From Candidatus Eiseniibacteriota bacterium (lineage in GTDB: Bacteria > Desulfobacterota > Binatia > DP-6), in NCBI GenBank assembly GCA_035577985.1, contig DATJZY010000029.1:23954-87953 (forward strand): 64,000 nt of DNA. Reading direction: 5' to 3'. The notes beneath the pieces were generated by a model that did not search any database, was not told the DNA's origin, and saw nothing but the letters and a program-made list of their open reading frames with translations. Position 1 is the first letter of the stretch, and every line of letters starts with the position of its first letter. A program made the position numbers and the translations under genes. This document shows, in pieces, positions 8,574 to 17,562 of the stretch.

Positions 8574-11500
8574 GTGGCGATCCACGTCGGCATCGAGCAC
8601 ACGACCGGCTACCGGTACGATCGGCCGGTCGCGCACGGGCCGCACCTCGTCCGGCTGCGCCCCGCGCCGCACACCCGCACGCCCGTGCACGACTACCGCC
8701 TCACGATCGGCGGCGGGCCGCACCGCGTCTACTGGCAGGAGGATCCGTTCGGGAACCTGCTCGCGCGCGTCGTCTTCCCGGAGCCGATGCGCACGCTCAC
8801 CGTGACCGTCGATCTCGTCGCGGAGATGACGATCATCAATCCGTTCGACTTCTTCGTGGAGGCGTACGCCGAGCAGTACCCGTTTCGCTACGACAGCCTG
8901 CTCGCGCGCGAGCTCGTTCCCTACTGCGAGATCGGCGAGCGCGGGGCGCGCCTCGCGGCGTTCCTCGCCGACGTGTCGCGGCGGCGCCGGCGGACGGTCG
9001 AGTTCCTGGTCGCCGTGAACCAGCAGCTCCACCGCGCAGTCGACTATTCGATCCGCCTCGACCCCGGGGTGCAGACCTGCGAGCAGACGCTCGAGCGACG
9101 GATCGGGTCGTGTCGCGACTCGGCGTGGCTGCTGGTGCAGGTCCTGCGCCATCTCGGGCTCGCGGCTCGGTTCGTCTCCGGCTACCTGATCCAGCTGGCG
9201 CCGGACCAGAAGTCGCTCGACGGCCCGTCCGGTCCGGAGCAGGACTTCACGGACCTCCACGCGTGGACCGAGGTGTACGTTCCCGGCGCGGGCTGGATCG
9301 GGCTCGATCCGACCTCGGGCCTGTTCGCAGGCGAGGGGCACATCCCCCTCGCCTGCACGCCCGATCCCGTGAGCGCGGCGCCCATCACCGGCGCCATCGA
9401 CGAGTGCGAGGTCGAGTTCCACCACCGCAACGTCGTCCGGCGCGTGCACGAGGATCCGCGCGTGACCAGGCCGTATGCCGACGCGCAGTGGGCCGAGATC
9501 GGCGCGCTCGGGCGCGCCGTCGACGCCGAGCTGGCGGCGCTCGACGTGCGTCTCACGCTCGGCGGCGAGCCCACCTTCGTCTCGATCGACGACATGGACG
9601 GCGCGGAATGGAACACGGAGGCGCTCGGTGTCGCCAAGCGCGAGCGTGCCGGTGTGCTGCTGCGCGGCCTGCGCGAGGCCTTCGCGCCCGGCGGGCTCCT
9701 GCACTTCGGCGAGGGCAAGTGGTATCCGGCCGAGCCCCTGCCCCGCTGGGCGCTCGGCTGTCATTGGCGCACCGACGGGCGTCCGCTCTGGCACGACGCG
9801 ACGCTCGTCGCCGACGAAGCGCGCGACTACGGCGTCGACGCGGGCGCCGCACAGCGCTTCGGCCGCCGTCTCGCCGAGCGGCTCGGCGTGGGCGCCGGCG
9901 GTCTCGTGCCCGCGTTCGAGGACTGGGCGCACTACCTCTGGCGGGAAGCGAGCCGCCCGATCGACCTCGACGTTCTCGCGATCCCGTGGGCGCCGCAGTT
10001 CCGCGACGACTGCAGCGTGGCGCTGGCGCGCGGCCTCGACCAGGCGGTCGGCTGGGTCCTGCCGCTCGCGTGGGATGCGGTCCACGGCACATGGGCGTCG
10101 GGCCGGCTGCCGCCCGGTCCGATTCACCTGGCGCCGGGCAGCTCGGCGATGGGGCTGCGCCTTCCCGTGTCGCACTTCCCCGGCGCCGCGGAGGTCGAGC
10201 ACGAGGAGCCGGTCGCCGGCGCGCCGGTGCCGGGGGCCGGCAGCGCGCCGCTGCCGCCCGGAGACGCGAGGCGGCGACGACGAAGCTGGATCGGCGTGCC
10301 ACCGACTGCCCTCTGTCTCGAGCCACGCGGCGGACGGCTCTACGCCTTCATGCCACCGCTCGATGCGCTCGACACGTACGCGGCGCTCCTCGCCGCGATC
10401 GAGGCGACGGCGGCGGAGCTCGGAATGCCCGTCCTCGTCGAGGGCTACGAGCCGCCGCGCTCGCCGGCGCTGCGTACGATCAAGGTGACGCCCGATCCCG
10501 GCGTGATCGAGGTGAACGTCCATCCCGCGACGACGTGGGACGAGCTCGAGCGCGACACCGTGCTGCTGTACGCGACCGCGCGCGCGTCGCGCCTCGGCAC
10601 CGAGAAGTTCATGCTCGACGGCCGCCACACCGGCACGGGAGGCGGGAACCATGTGACGCTCGGCGGCGCCACGCCCGCCGACAGCCCGTTCCTGCGCCGT
10701 CCCGATCTCCTGCGCTCGCTCATCACGTACTGGCAGCACCACCCGGCGCTCTCCTACCTCTTCTCGGGTCTCTTCATCGGCCCCACCTCGCAGGCCCCGC
10801 GCGTCGACGAGGGCGGGAGCGCATGCCTGGACGAGCTCGAGCGGAGCCTCGCCGAGATCGAGCGCGCGGGGACGCCGTGGGTCGTCGACCGCGCGCTGCG
10901 GAGCTTCCTCGCCGATCCGACCGGCAACACGCACCGCACCGAGTTCAGCATCGACAAGCTGTGGTCGGCCGACGGACCGTCGGGTCGCCAGGGCCTCGTC
11001 GAGCTGCGCGCCTTCGAGATGCCGCCGCACGCCCGCATGAGCCTCGCGCAGATGCTGCTCCTGCGCACCCTCGTCGCGCGCTTCTGGAAGGAGCCGTACC
11101 GGCATCCGCTCGTGCGCTGGGGCACGGCGCTCCACGATCGCTTCCTGCTGCCGCACTACGTGTGGGCCGACATGACGTCGGTCGTGGACGAGCTCGCCGG
11201 CGCCGGCTACCCGTTCCGCAGCGAGTGGTTCGCGCCCTTCTTCGAGTTCCGCTTCCCGCTCTACGGCCGCGCCGCCTACGAGGGCGTCGAGCTGGAGCTG
11301 CGGATGGCGCTCGAACCCTGGCCCGTGCTCGGCGAGGAGACCGCCGCGCAGCGCCAGGCGCGCGCCGTCGACTCCGCGATCGAGCGCCTCCAGGTATCGT
11401 GCCGCGGCTTCGATCCGGAACGCTTCCTCCTGGCGTGCAACGGCCGGCGCGTGCCCCTGCGAGCGACGGGCCCCGCCGGCGAGTACGTCGCGGGGCTGCG

Positions 11501-11867
11501 CTACAAGGCGTGGCCGTCGCCCTTCGGCCTGCACCCGACCGTGCCCGTGCACGCCCCGCTCGTGATCGACCTGGTCGATCGCCGCCTCGGGCGCGCGGTC
11601 GGAGGCTGCGTCTACCACGTGACTCATCCGGGCGGGCTCGCCTACGAGGCGTTCCCCGTGAACGCCTACGAAGCCGAGACGCGGCGAATCTCGCGCTTCT
11701 GGGCGTGGGGTCACACGCCGGGCGCGTTCTCGCCGCCGGCGTGGGCCGAGCGCCTGGACGCGCACGTGGCACGCGGGAGTCGCGCCACGACGTGGGAACC
11801 GGCGCCCGAGCGTCCCGATCCCGAGCATCCCTGCACCCTCGACCTGCGCAGGCTGCCGCCGTCATGA
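8574..11867 (+). CDS. Large (1,097 aa) transglutaminase-like protein with an N-terminal bacterial transglutaminase domain, a Cys-His-Asp core and a long DUF2126-like C-terminal region.
   Basis: GTG start at 8574, 1 nt after the alpha-E stop. N-terminus MAIHVGIEHTTGYRYDRPVAHGPHLVRLRP (Bact_transglu_N-like). Catalytic triad context: RIGSCRDSAWLL (Cys), DLHAWTEVYVPGAGWIGLDPTSG (His, Asp). Confidence 0.85.
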   Translation: MAIHVGIEHTTGYRYDRPVAHGPHLVRLRPAPHTRTPVHDYRLTIGGGPHRVYWQEDPFGNLLARVVFPEPMRTLTVTVDLVAEMTIINPFDFFVEAYAEQYPFRYDSLLARELVPYCEIGERGARLAAFLADVSRRRRRTVEFLVAVNQQLHRAVDYSIRLDPGVQTCEQTLERRIGSCRDSAWLLVQVLRHLGLAARFVSGYLIQLAPDQKSLDGPSGPEQDFTDLHAWTEVYVPGAGWIGLDPTSGLFAGEGHIPLACTPDPVSAAPITGAIDECEVEFHHRNVVRRVHEDPRVTRPYADAQWAEIGALGRAVDAELAALDVRLTLGGEPTFVSIDDMDGAEWNTEALGVAKRERAGVLLRGLREAFAPGGLLHFGEGKWYPAEPLPRWALGCHWRTDGRPLWHDATLVADEARDYGVDAGAAQRFGRRLAERLGVGAGGLVPAFEDWAHYLWREASRPIDLDVLAIPWAPQFRDDCSVALARGLDQAVGWVLPLAWDAVHGTWASGRLPPGPIHLAPGSSAMGLRLPVSHFPGAAEVEHEEPVAGAPVPGAGSAPLPPGDARRRRRSWIGVPPTALCLEPRGGRLYAFMPPLDALDTYAALLAAIEATAAELGMPVLVEGYEPPRSPALRTIKVTPDPGVIEVNVHPATTWDELERDTVLLYATARASRLGTEKFMLDGRHTGTGGGNHVTLGGATPADSPFLRRPDLLRSLITYWQHHPALSYLFSGLFIGPTSQAPRVDEGGSACLDELERSLAEIERAGTPWVVDRALRSFLADPTGNTHRTEFSIDKLWSADGPSGRQGLVELRAFEMPPHARMSLAQMLLLRTLVARFWKEPYRHPLVRWGTALHDRFLLPHYVWADMTSVVDELAGAGYPFRSEWFAPFFEFRFPLYGRAAYEGVELELRMALEPWPVLGEETAAQRQARAVDSAIERLQVSCRGFDPERFLLACNGRRVPLRATGPAGEYVAGLRYKAWPSPFGLHPTVPVHAPLVIDLVDRRLGRAVGGCVYHVTHPGGLAYEAFPVNAYEAETRRISRFWAWGHTPGAFSPPAWAERLDAHVARGSRATTWEPAPERPDPEHPCTLDLRRLPPS

Positions 11868-14800
11868 CCCGCCGGATCGCCCTCACGCACACGATCGAGC
11901 AGCGCTTCGCGCGGCCCGTGCAGCTCTCGACGCACTGGCTGCGGCTCCGTCCGGCGCCGCACGCGCGCGCCCGGACGACGGCGTACTCGATGCGCGTCCG
12001 CACCGAGCCGCACTTCCTCAACTGGCTCCGCGATCCGTTCGAGAACCACGTCGCGCGGCTCGACCTGCCCGAGCCGGTGACGCAGCTCGCGATCGACGTC
12101 GCCCTCGTCGCCGATCTGACCGAGACGAACCCGCTCGACTTCCTCGTCGACGAGAGCGCGACACGGCATCCGTTCGACTACGAGCCGCAGCTCCACAAGG
12201 AGCTCGAGCCCTACCTCCGCGTCGAGGACATGGGCGCCGAGCTGACCGCCTGGCTCGCCGCGCTCGAGCGCACGCCACGCTACGTCGTCGAGCGGGTCCA
12301 CGACGTCGCCACGAAGATGCGCGAGCGCTTCGCCGGGACGCCGCCGGAGCTCGCCTGGCTGCTGACCCTCGCCTACCGTGCGCTCGGCCTCGCGGCGCGC
12401 TTCACGAGCGGCTACCGGATCGCGGACGACGCGGCGAGCGTGCACGCGTGGAGCGAGGTCTATCTCCCGGGCGCGGGCTGGATCGGGATCGATCCCAGCG
12501 CCGGCCTCTTCACGACCGAGGCCTGGGTCCCGCTCGCCTGCGCGCCCGAGCCGCTGCGGGCGCAGCCGCTGGTCGGGTTTCGCGAAGCCAGCGACGAGAC
12601 CGTACGTGATGCGATCACCCTCGCCCTCCTCGCGCCGGACGAGCCGTCGTGGCCGTGGGGCGACGACACGTGGGCGTATGTCCGTGCGCTCGGCGCGAAG
12701 GTCGACGCCGACCTCGGCGCCGCCGGCGTGTCGCTCGCGGTCGGCCGCGAGGTGGCGTTCACGTCGGCGATCGAGGCGGGGTCGATCGAGTGGAGCACCG
12801 GCGTACTGGGCGACGCAAAGCGCCGGGCGGGCGGCGCGCTGCTGCGCGCCCTCGGCGCACGCCTCGGGCCCGGCGCGCTCGTGCAGACGGGGTACGGCGA
12901 GTGGTACGTCGGCGAGCCGTCGTTGCGGTGGCGGCTCACGTCGCTGTGGCGCGCCGACGGGCAGCCGCTCTGGCGCGATCCGTCGTTGCTGGCCCAGTCG
13001 CCGGCGAGCCAGATCACCGTCGCCGCGGCCGAGGAGGCGGCCCACGCCCTCGCGCGCGCGCTCGGCGTGGCGCCCGCGTGCGTGATGCCCGCCTACGAGG
13101 ATTCGCTCCATCGTCTATCGCGCAGCGGAAGCGGCAGCGGGAGCGGCACCGTCGCCCCGCCTCCGCTCGAAGACCTGCGCGATCCGGAACGGCGGCGCGA
13201 GCTCGCCGATCGGCTCGCAGAAGCGGGCACGCCCGCCGGGTACGCGCTGCCGCTCGAGCACGACGACACCGAAGATCGCTGGCGAAGTGGCGTCTGGCGC
13301 TTCCGCCGCCGGCGGCTCCATCTCCTGCCCGGGACGCTGCCGATGGGCTTCCGGCTCCCGCTCGAGAGCCTCCCGGCCCACGACGATGCCTCGGTGCCGC
13401 GCACGGCGCTCTGCATCGAGGTGCGCGACGGGCTGCTCCACGTCTTCCTGCCGCCTCTGCCGCGGGTCGAGCACTACCTGGACCTCACGCGCGCGATCGA
13501 GAGCGCTGCGCATGCGATCGGCGTCCCGGTCGCGCTCGAGGGCTACGAGCCGGCCGAGGACCCGCGCCTGCGGCGCGTCGTGGTCGAGCCCGACGCCGGC
13601 GTGCTGCGCGTGACGCTGCCGTCGACCGCGAGCTTCGAGGAGCACGCGGCGCTGCTGGACACCGCGTACGACGAGGCCGCGGAGCTGGGCCTCCATGCCG
13701 AGCGCGCGCTCGCGAACGGCGCCCGCGAGCCGGTCGGCGCGGGAGCCGGCGTCGTGCTCGGCGGGACGACGCCCGACGAGAGCCCGCTTCATCGCCGCCC
13801 GGAGATCCTGCGGGCGCTGGTCACGTGCTGGCAGCGTCATCCGAGCCTCTCCTACTTCTTCGCCACGCGGTTCGTAGGTCCCGGCGGCCGCGCGCCGCGA
13901 CCCGACGAGGGCCGGGACGATGCGCTCTTCGAGCTCGCGCTCGCCCTCGAACGCATGCCGCGGGGCGAGAACGCGCTGCCCTGGATTCCAGACCGCCTGC
14001 TGCGCCACCTGCTCGCCGATCCGGCGGGCGACCTGCGGCGCGCCGAGATCCGCACCGACGCGCTCTTCGATCCTGCGCGCGCGACGCGCCGGCTCGGCCA
14101 GTTGGTCCTGCGGAGCTTCGAGACGCCGCCGCACGCGCGCCTGGCCGCGCTGCAGTCGCTGCTCGTGATGGCGCTGGTCGCCCGCTTCGCGCACGATCCG
14201 CGCCCGCAAGACCTCCGGCGCTGGGGGCCCGCCCTGCACGACCGGTTCCTGCTCCCGTCGCTACTCTGGGACGACCTGGTGGCGGTGCTGCGCGACCTCG
14301 ACGAGGCGGGCTATCCGCTGCAGCCCGAGTGGTTCGCGCCGCTGCTCGCCTTCCACTTCCCCGTCGTCGGCGGCGTGTGCCTGGGCGACGTGGCGCTCGA
14401 GCTGCGGCTCGCACACGAGCCGTGGCCGGTCCTCGCCGAGGAGACCACGGGCGCCGGCGTCGCGCGCTTCGTCGACTCGGCGAACGAGCGGCTCGAGGTG
14501 CGGGCGACCGGGCTGCCGCCGTCGCGGTATGCGCTCGTCTGCAACGGCCGGCGCGTCCCGCTGCGTCCGACCGGCGTGCAGGGCGAGTGGATCGCGGGCG
14601 TCCGCTACAAGGCCTGGAATGCGCCCGCGACCCTGCATCCGACGACGTTCGCCGTCGGCGTCCTCGTCTTCGACCTGATCGACACGTGGAGCGGACGCGC
14701 GATCGGCGGGTGCCGCTTCTTTCCGGCGCGTCCGACCCTGGCGGGACCGGCGGCGCAGCCGCCGGTCGTCGTCGAGCGCGGGGACGGCGAGCGCGGCCGC

Positions 14801-14947
14801 CCTCCCCGCCCCACGCCATCCCCGCTGGTCTGGCAGCGCCCGCGCACGGGCAGCTTCGAGCCCGAGGGCAGCGGCCAGGGCCCCATGACCGTGCCGCCCG
14901 AGGAGATGGTGCCAGGGCACGTGCTCGATCTCACCGCACCTGCATGA
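11864..14947 (+). CDS. Second large (1,027 aa) transglutaminase-like paralog. It is predicted catalytically inactive because the Cys nucleophile is replaced.
   Basis: Its ATG (11864) overlaps the previous stop as ATGA. It is collinear with 8574..11867 (MTRRIALTHTIEQRFARPVQLSTHWLRLRP...). The homologous nucleophile position reads GTPPELAWLL (Pro where the upstream paralog has Cys), while VHAWSEVYLPGAGWIGIDPSAG (His/Asp) is retained. Confidence 0.8.
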   Translation: MTRRIALTHTIEQRFARPVQLSTHWLRLRPAPHARARTTAYSMRVRTEPHFLNWLRDPFENHVARLDLPEPVTQLAIDVALVADLTETNPLDFLVDESATRHPFDYEPQLHKELEPYLRVEDMGAELTAWLAALERTPRYVVERVHDVATKMRERFAGTPPELAWLLTLAYRALGLAARFTSGYRIADDAASVHAWSEVYLPGAGWIGIDPSAGLFTTEAWVPLACAPEPLRAQPLVGFREASDETVRDAITLALLAPDEPSWPWGDDTWAYVRALGAKVDADLGAAGVSLAVGREVAFTSAIEAGSIEWSTGVLGDAKRRAGGALLRALGARLGPGALVQTGYGEWYVGEPSLRWRLTSLWRADGQPLWRDPSLLAQSPASQITVAAAEEAAHALARALGVAPACVMPAYEDSLHRLSRSGSGSGSGTVAPPPLEDLRDPERRRELADRLAEAGTPAGYALPLEHDDTEDRWRSGVWRFRRRRLHLLPGTLPMGFRLPLESLPAHDDASVPRTALCIEVRDGLLHVFLPPLPRVEHYLDLTRAIESAAHAIGVPVALEGYEPAEDPRLRRVVVEPDAGVLRVTLPSTASFEEHAALLDTAYDEAAELGLHAERALANGAREPVGAGAGVVLGGTTPDESPLHRRPEILRALVTCWQRHPSLSYFFATRFVGPGGRAPRPDEGRDDALFELALALERMPRGENALPWIPDRLLRHLLADPAGDLRRAEIRTDALFDPARATRRLGQLVLRSFETPPHARLAALQSLLVMALVARFAHDPRPQDLRRWGPALHDRFLLPSLLWDDLVAVLRDLDEAGYPLQPEWFAPLLAFHFPVVGGVCLGDVALELRLAHEPWPVLAEETTGAGVARFVDSANERLEVRATGLPPSRYALVCNGRRVPLRPTGVQGEWIAGVRYKAWNAPATLHPTTFAVGVLVFDLIDTWSGRAIGGCRFFPARPTLAGPAAQPPVVVERGDGERGRPPRPTPSPLVWQRPRTGSFEPEGSGQGPMTVPPEEMVPGHVLDLTAPA

Positions 14948-17562
14948 CGCCTACGCTCGAAAGTCGGGCTCCGGTATCGTATCCATCGACGGCGCCCATG
15001 GATTCGCTGGCCTCAGCGCCCGACCCCCATCTGGTGGCCGGGTACCGCGCCCGGCCGGGGGTCTACGACGAGATGGTCGGCCCCGACGGCGAGGTGCGCC
15101 CGCACTGGCGCTACGTCGCCGAGGCCCTCGGCACCCTCGGCCTCCCCGCCCTCCACGACCGCTGGCGCGAGACCCGGCGCCTGCTGCGCGAGAGCGGCGC
15201 CACCTACAACGTCTACGGCGACCCGCAGGGGCTGGAGCGCCCGTGGCAGCTCGACCCGATCCCGATGCTCCTCTCGAGCGACGAGTGGCGCGAGATCGAG
15301 TGGGGTCTCATGCAGCGCGCCGAGCTGCTGAACCTGATCCTGCGCGACATCTACGGGCCGCAGGACCTGATCAAGAAGGGCTTCCTGCCGCTCGAGCTCG
15401 TCTATGCGCACGGCGGCTTCCTGCGACCCTGCCACCCGATGCGCACGGCGGGCCCGCACTCGCTGATCTTCTACGCCGCCGACGTGGCGCGCGGACCCGA
15501 CGGCCGGGTGCGCGTGCTCTCCGATCGCACGCAGGCGCCGTCGGGCGCAGGCTACGCGCTCGAGAACCGGGTCGTCATGAGCCGCGTGCTGCCGAGCCTG
15601 TACCGCGACTCGCACGTGCACCGGCTCTCGCTCTTCTTCCAGAACCTGCGCGCGAGCCTGGCGTCCATCTCGCCGCGCAAGCACACCGAGCCGCGCGTCG
15701 TGCTGCTCACGCCCGGCCCCCTCAACGAAGCGTACTTCGAGCACACGTACCTGGCGAGCTACCTCGGCTACACGCTCGCGCGCGGCGCCGATCTCACCGT
15801 GCGCGACGGCCAGGTGTGGCTGCGCGCCATGCGGCGGCTCGAGCCCGTCGACGTGATCCTGCGCCGGGTCGACGACCACTACTGCGATCCGCTCGAGCTG
15901 TATCCCGAGTCGCGGCTCGGGATCCCCGGCCTCACCGAGGCCGTGCGGCGCGGGACGGTCGCGGTCGCGAACCCGCTCGGCGCGAGCGTGCTCGAGAACC
16001 CGGCCCTGAACGCCTTCCTGCCGGCGATCGCCAAGCACTTCTTCGGCGGCGAGCTGCAGCTCCCGTCCGTGCCCACCTGGTGGTGCGGCGATCCGCACGG
16101 TCGCGAGCACGTGCTCGCGAACCTGGACCGCCTGGTCGTGCGCTCGATCTACCGCCAGCCGCGCAGCATCCCGGTGCTGGGCGGCCTGCTCTCGCACGCC
16201 GAGCAGCGTGTCCTCGCCGAGCGCATCCGCGCGCGACCGCAATGGTACGTGGGCCAGGAGCAGCTCCGGCCGTCGTCGGTGCCGGCGGTGGTCGAGTCGG
16301 GGCTCGAAGGACGCCAGGCCCTCATCCGCACCTTCCTGGTCGCGCGCGAGGACGGCTACGTCGTCATGCCCGGCGCGCTCACGCGCATCGGCGCCTCACC
16401 GCAGAGCTTCCTGCTCTCGAACCAGGCGGGTGGCCTCTCGAAGGACACGTGGATCCTCGCCACCGAGCCCGAGAAGCAGGTGAGCCTGCTCTCCGGTGCG
16501 TCGCGCGCGCCGGCGACGTCGGGCACGCAGCCCGCCCTGCCCGGCGGCGCGGCCGACAACCTCTTCTGGCTCGGTCGCTACGCCGAGCGCGCCGAGCAGG
16601 CGATCCGCATCGTGCGAGCCGCGCTGCGCGCTCACCGCAACGCCGTCGAGCTCGAGGGCCCCGACCGCCTGTGCCTCGACACCATCCTCGATGCCGTGAC
16701 GCAGGTGACGGCCACCCATCCGGGGTTCCTGGGCGACGCCGAGCGGCGCGCCACACCGATCGCCGAGCTGCTCTCGGTCGTGCTGGACGGCGGGCGCGCG
16801 GGATCGGTCGCGTTCGACGTGCAGGCGATCCTGGCCGCCGCCTACGCCGTCCGCGATCGCCTCTCCGGCGACACCTGGCGGGTCCTGAACGACGTGCGGG
16901 CGCGCCTGGAGCGCCTCCAGGGCCGCCCGCAGGAGGCGGCGAACGAGCTCGAGGACGAGCTCGACGCGCTCGTGACCGACCTCGTCGCCATGTTCGCGCT
17001 CGCCGACGAGAGCATGCTGCGGGGCCAGGCCTGGCTGTTCCTCGACACGGGCCGGCGGGTGGAGCGCGCCATGACCCTCGCAGCGCTCCTGCGCGCCACC
17101 GTCACGTCGCGGCACGAGCCGCACGTCGAGGTGCAGCTCCTGGACGCCGTCCTGCGGGCGTCCGAGAGCCTCATGGCGTATCGCCGCACCTTCCACGAGC
17201 AGCCGCAGATCGAGCCCGTGCTCGCCCTCCTGCTCCTCGACGAGACGAACCCGCGCTCGCTCGGCTTCCAGCTCCGCCAGATCCAACACGCCATCACGGA
17301 GCTCGCGCACGAGGACGGACGGGTCGAGCTGAGCGAAGAGGAGCGCCTCGTCCTCGACGCGACGACGAGCCTTCGCCTGGCCGATCTCGGCCGCCTCTCG
17401 GGCTACGACAACGGCGGCGACGCGCGGCACGGGCTCGACGCGCTTCTCGCGCGCGTCACGACGCTCCTGGCGCAGGCCTCCGACGTGCTCACGCGCCACT
17501 ACTTCCACGACGTGCAGGGCCCCCAGCACCTCGCCCGCATGACCGGAGGCTCGGGGCGATGA
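14944..17562 (+). CDS. Fusion protein: circularly permuted ATP-grasp (N-terminal ~500 aa) plus alpha-E domain (C-terminal ~330 aa).
   Basis: ATGA overlap with the upstream stop. The N-terminal half resembles 6162..7610 (GAGYALENRVVMSRVLP..., LSNQAGGLSKDTWIL). The C-terminal half begins NLFWLGRYAERAEQAIRIVRAAL, the alpha-E signature, and resembles 7610..8572. Confidence 0.85.
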   Translation: MTPTLESRAPVSYPSTAPMDSLASAPDPHLVAGYRARPGVYDEMVGPDGEVRPHWRYVAEALGTLGLPALHDRWRETRRLLRESGATYNVYGDPQGLERPWQLDPIPMLLSSDEWREIEWGLMQRAELLNLILRDIYGPQDLIKKGFLPLELVYAHGGFLRPCHPMRTAGPHSLIFYAADVARGPDGRVRVLSDRTQAPSGAGYALENRVVMSRVLPSLYRDSHVHRLSLFFQNLRASLASISPRKHTEPRVVLLTPGPLNEAYFEHTYLASYLGYTLARGADLTVRDGQVWLRAMRRLEPVDVILRRVDDHYCDPLELYPESRLGIPGLTEAVRRGTVAVANPLGASVLENPALNAFLPAIAKHFFGGELQLPSVPTWWCGDPHGREHVLANLDRLVVRSIYRQPRSIPVLGGLLSHAEQRVLAERIRARPQWYVGQEQLRPSSVPAVVESGLEGRQALIRTFLVAREDGYVVMPGALTRIGASPQSFLLSNQAGGLSKDTWILATEPEKQVSLLSGASRAPATSGTQPALPGGAADNLFWLGRYAERAEQAIRIVRAALRAHRNAVELEGPDRLCLDTILDAVTQVTATHPGFLGDAERRATPIAELLSVVLDGGRAGSVAFDVQAILAAAYAVRDRLSGDTWRVLNDVRARLERLQGRPQEAANELEDELDALVTDLVAMFALADESMLRGQAWLFLDTGRRVERAMTLAALLRATVTSRHEPHVEVQLLDAVLRASESLMAYRRTFHEQPQIEPVLALLLLDETNPRSLGFQLRQIQHAITELAHEDGRVELSEEERLVLDATTSLRLADLGRLSGYDNGGDARHGLDALLARVTTLLAQASDVLTRHYFHDVQGPQHLARMTGGSGR

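Noticed and set aside
8523-11828. 1,101-aa minus-strand ORF, plus the N-terminal portions of the long + ORFs 9110.., 12649.. and 15243.. in the transglutaminase operon
   Set aside because: The minus ORF is antisense to the transglutaminase gene. The long + ORFs start in an overlapping, out-of-frame, Arg-rich stretch of the preceding gene. Only their C-terminal parts (from 11864, 14944, 17559), which begin exactly at ATGA stop/start overlaps, show protein-family motifs.
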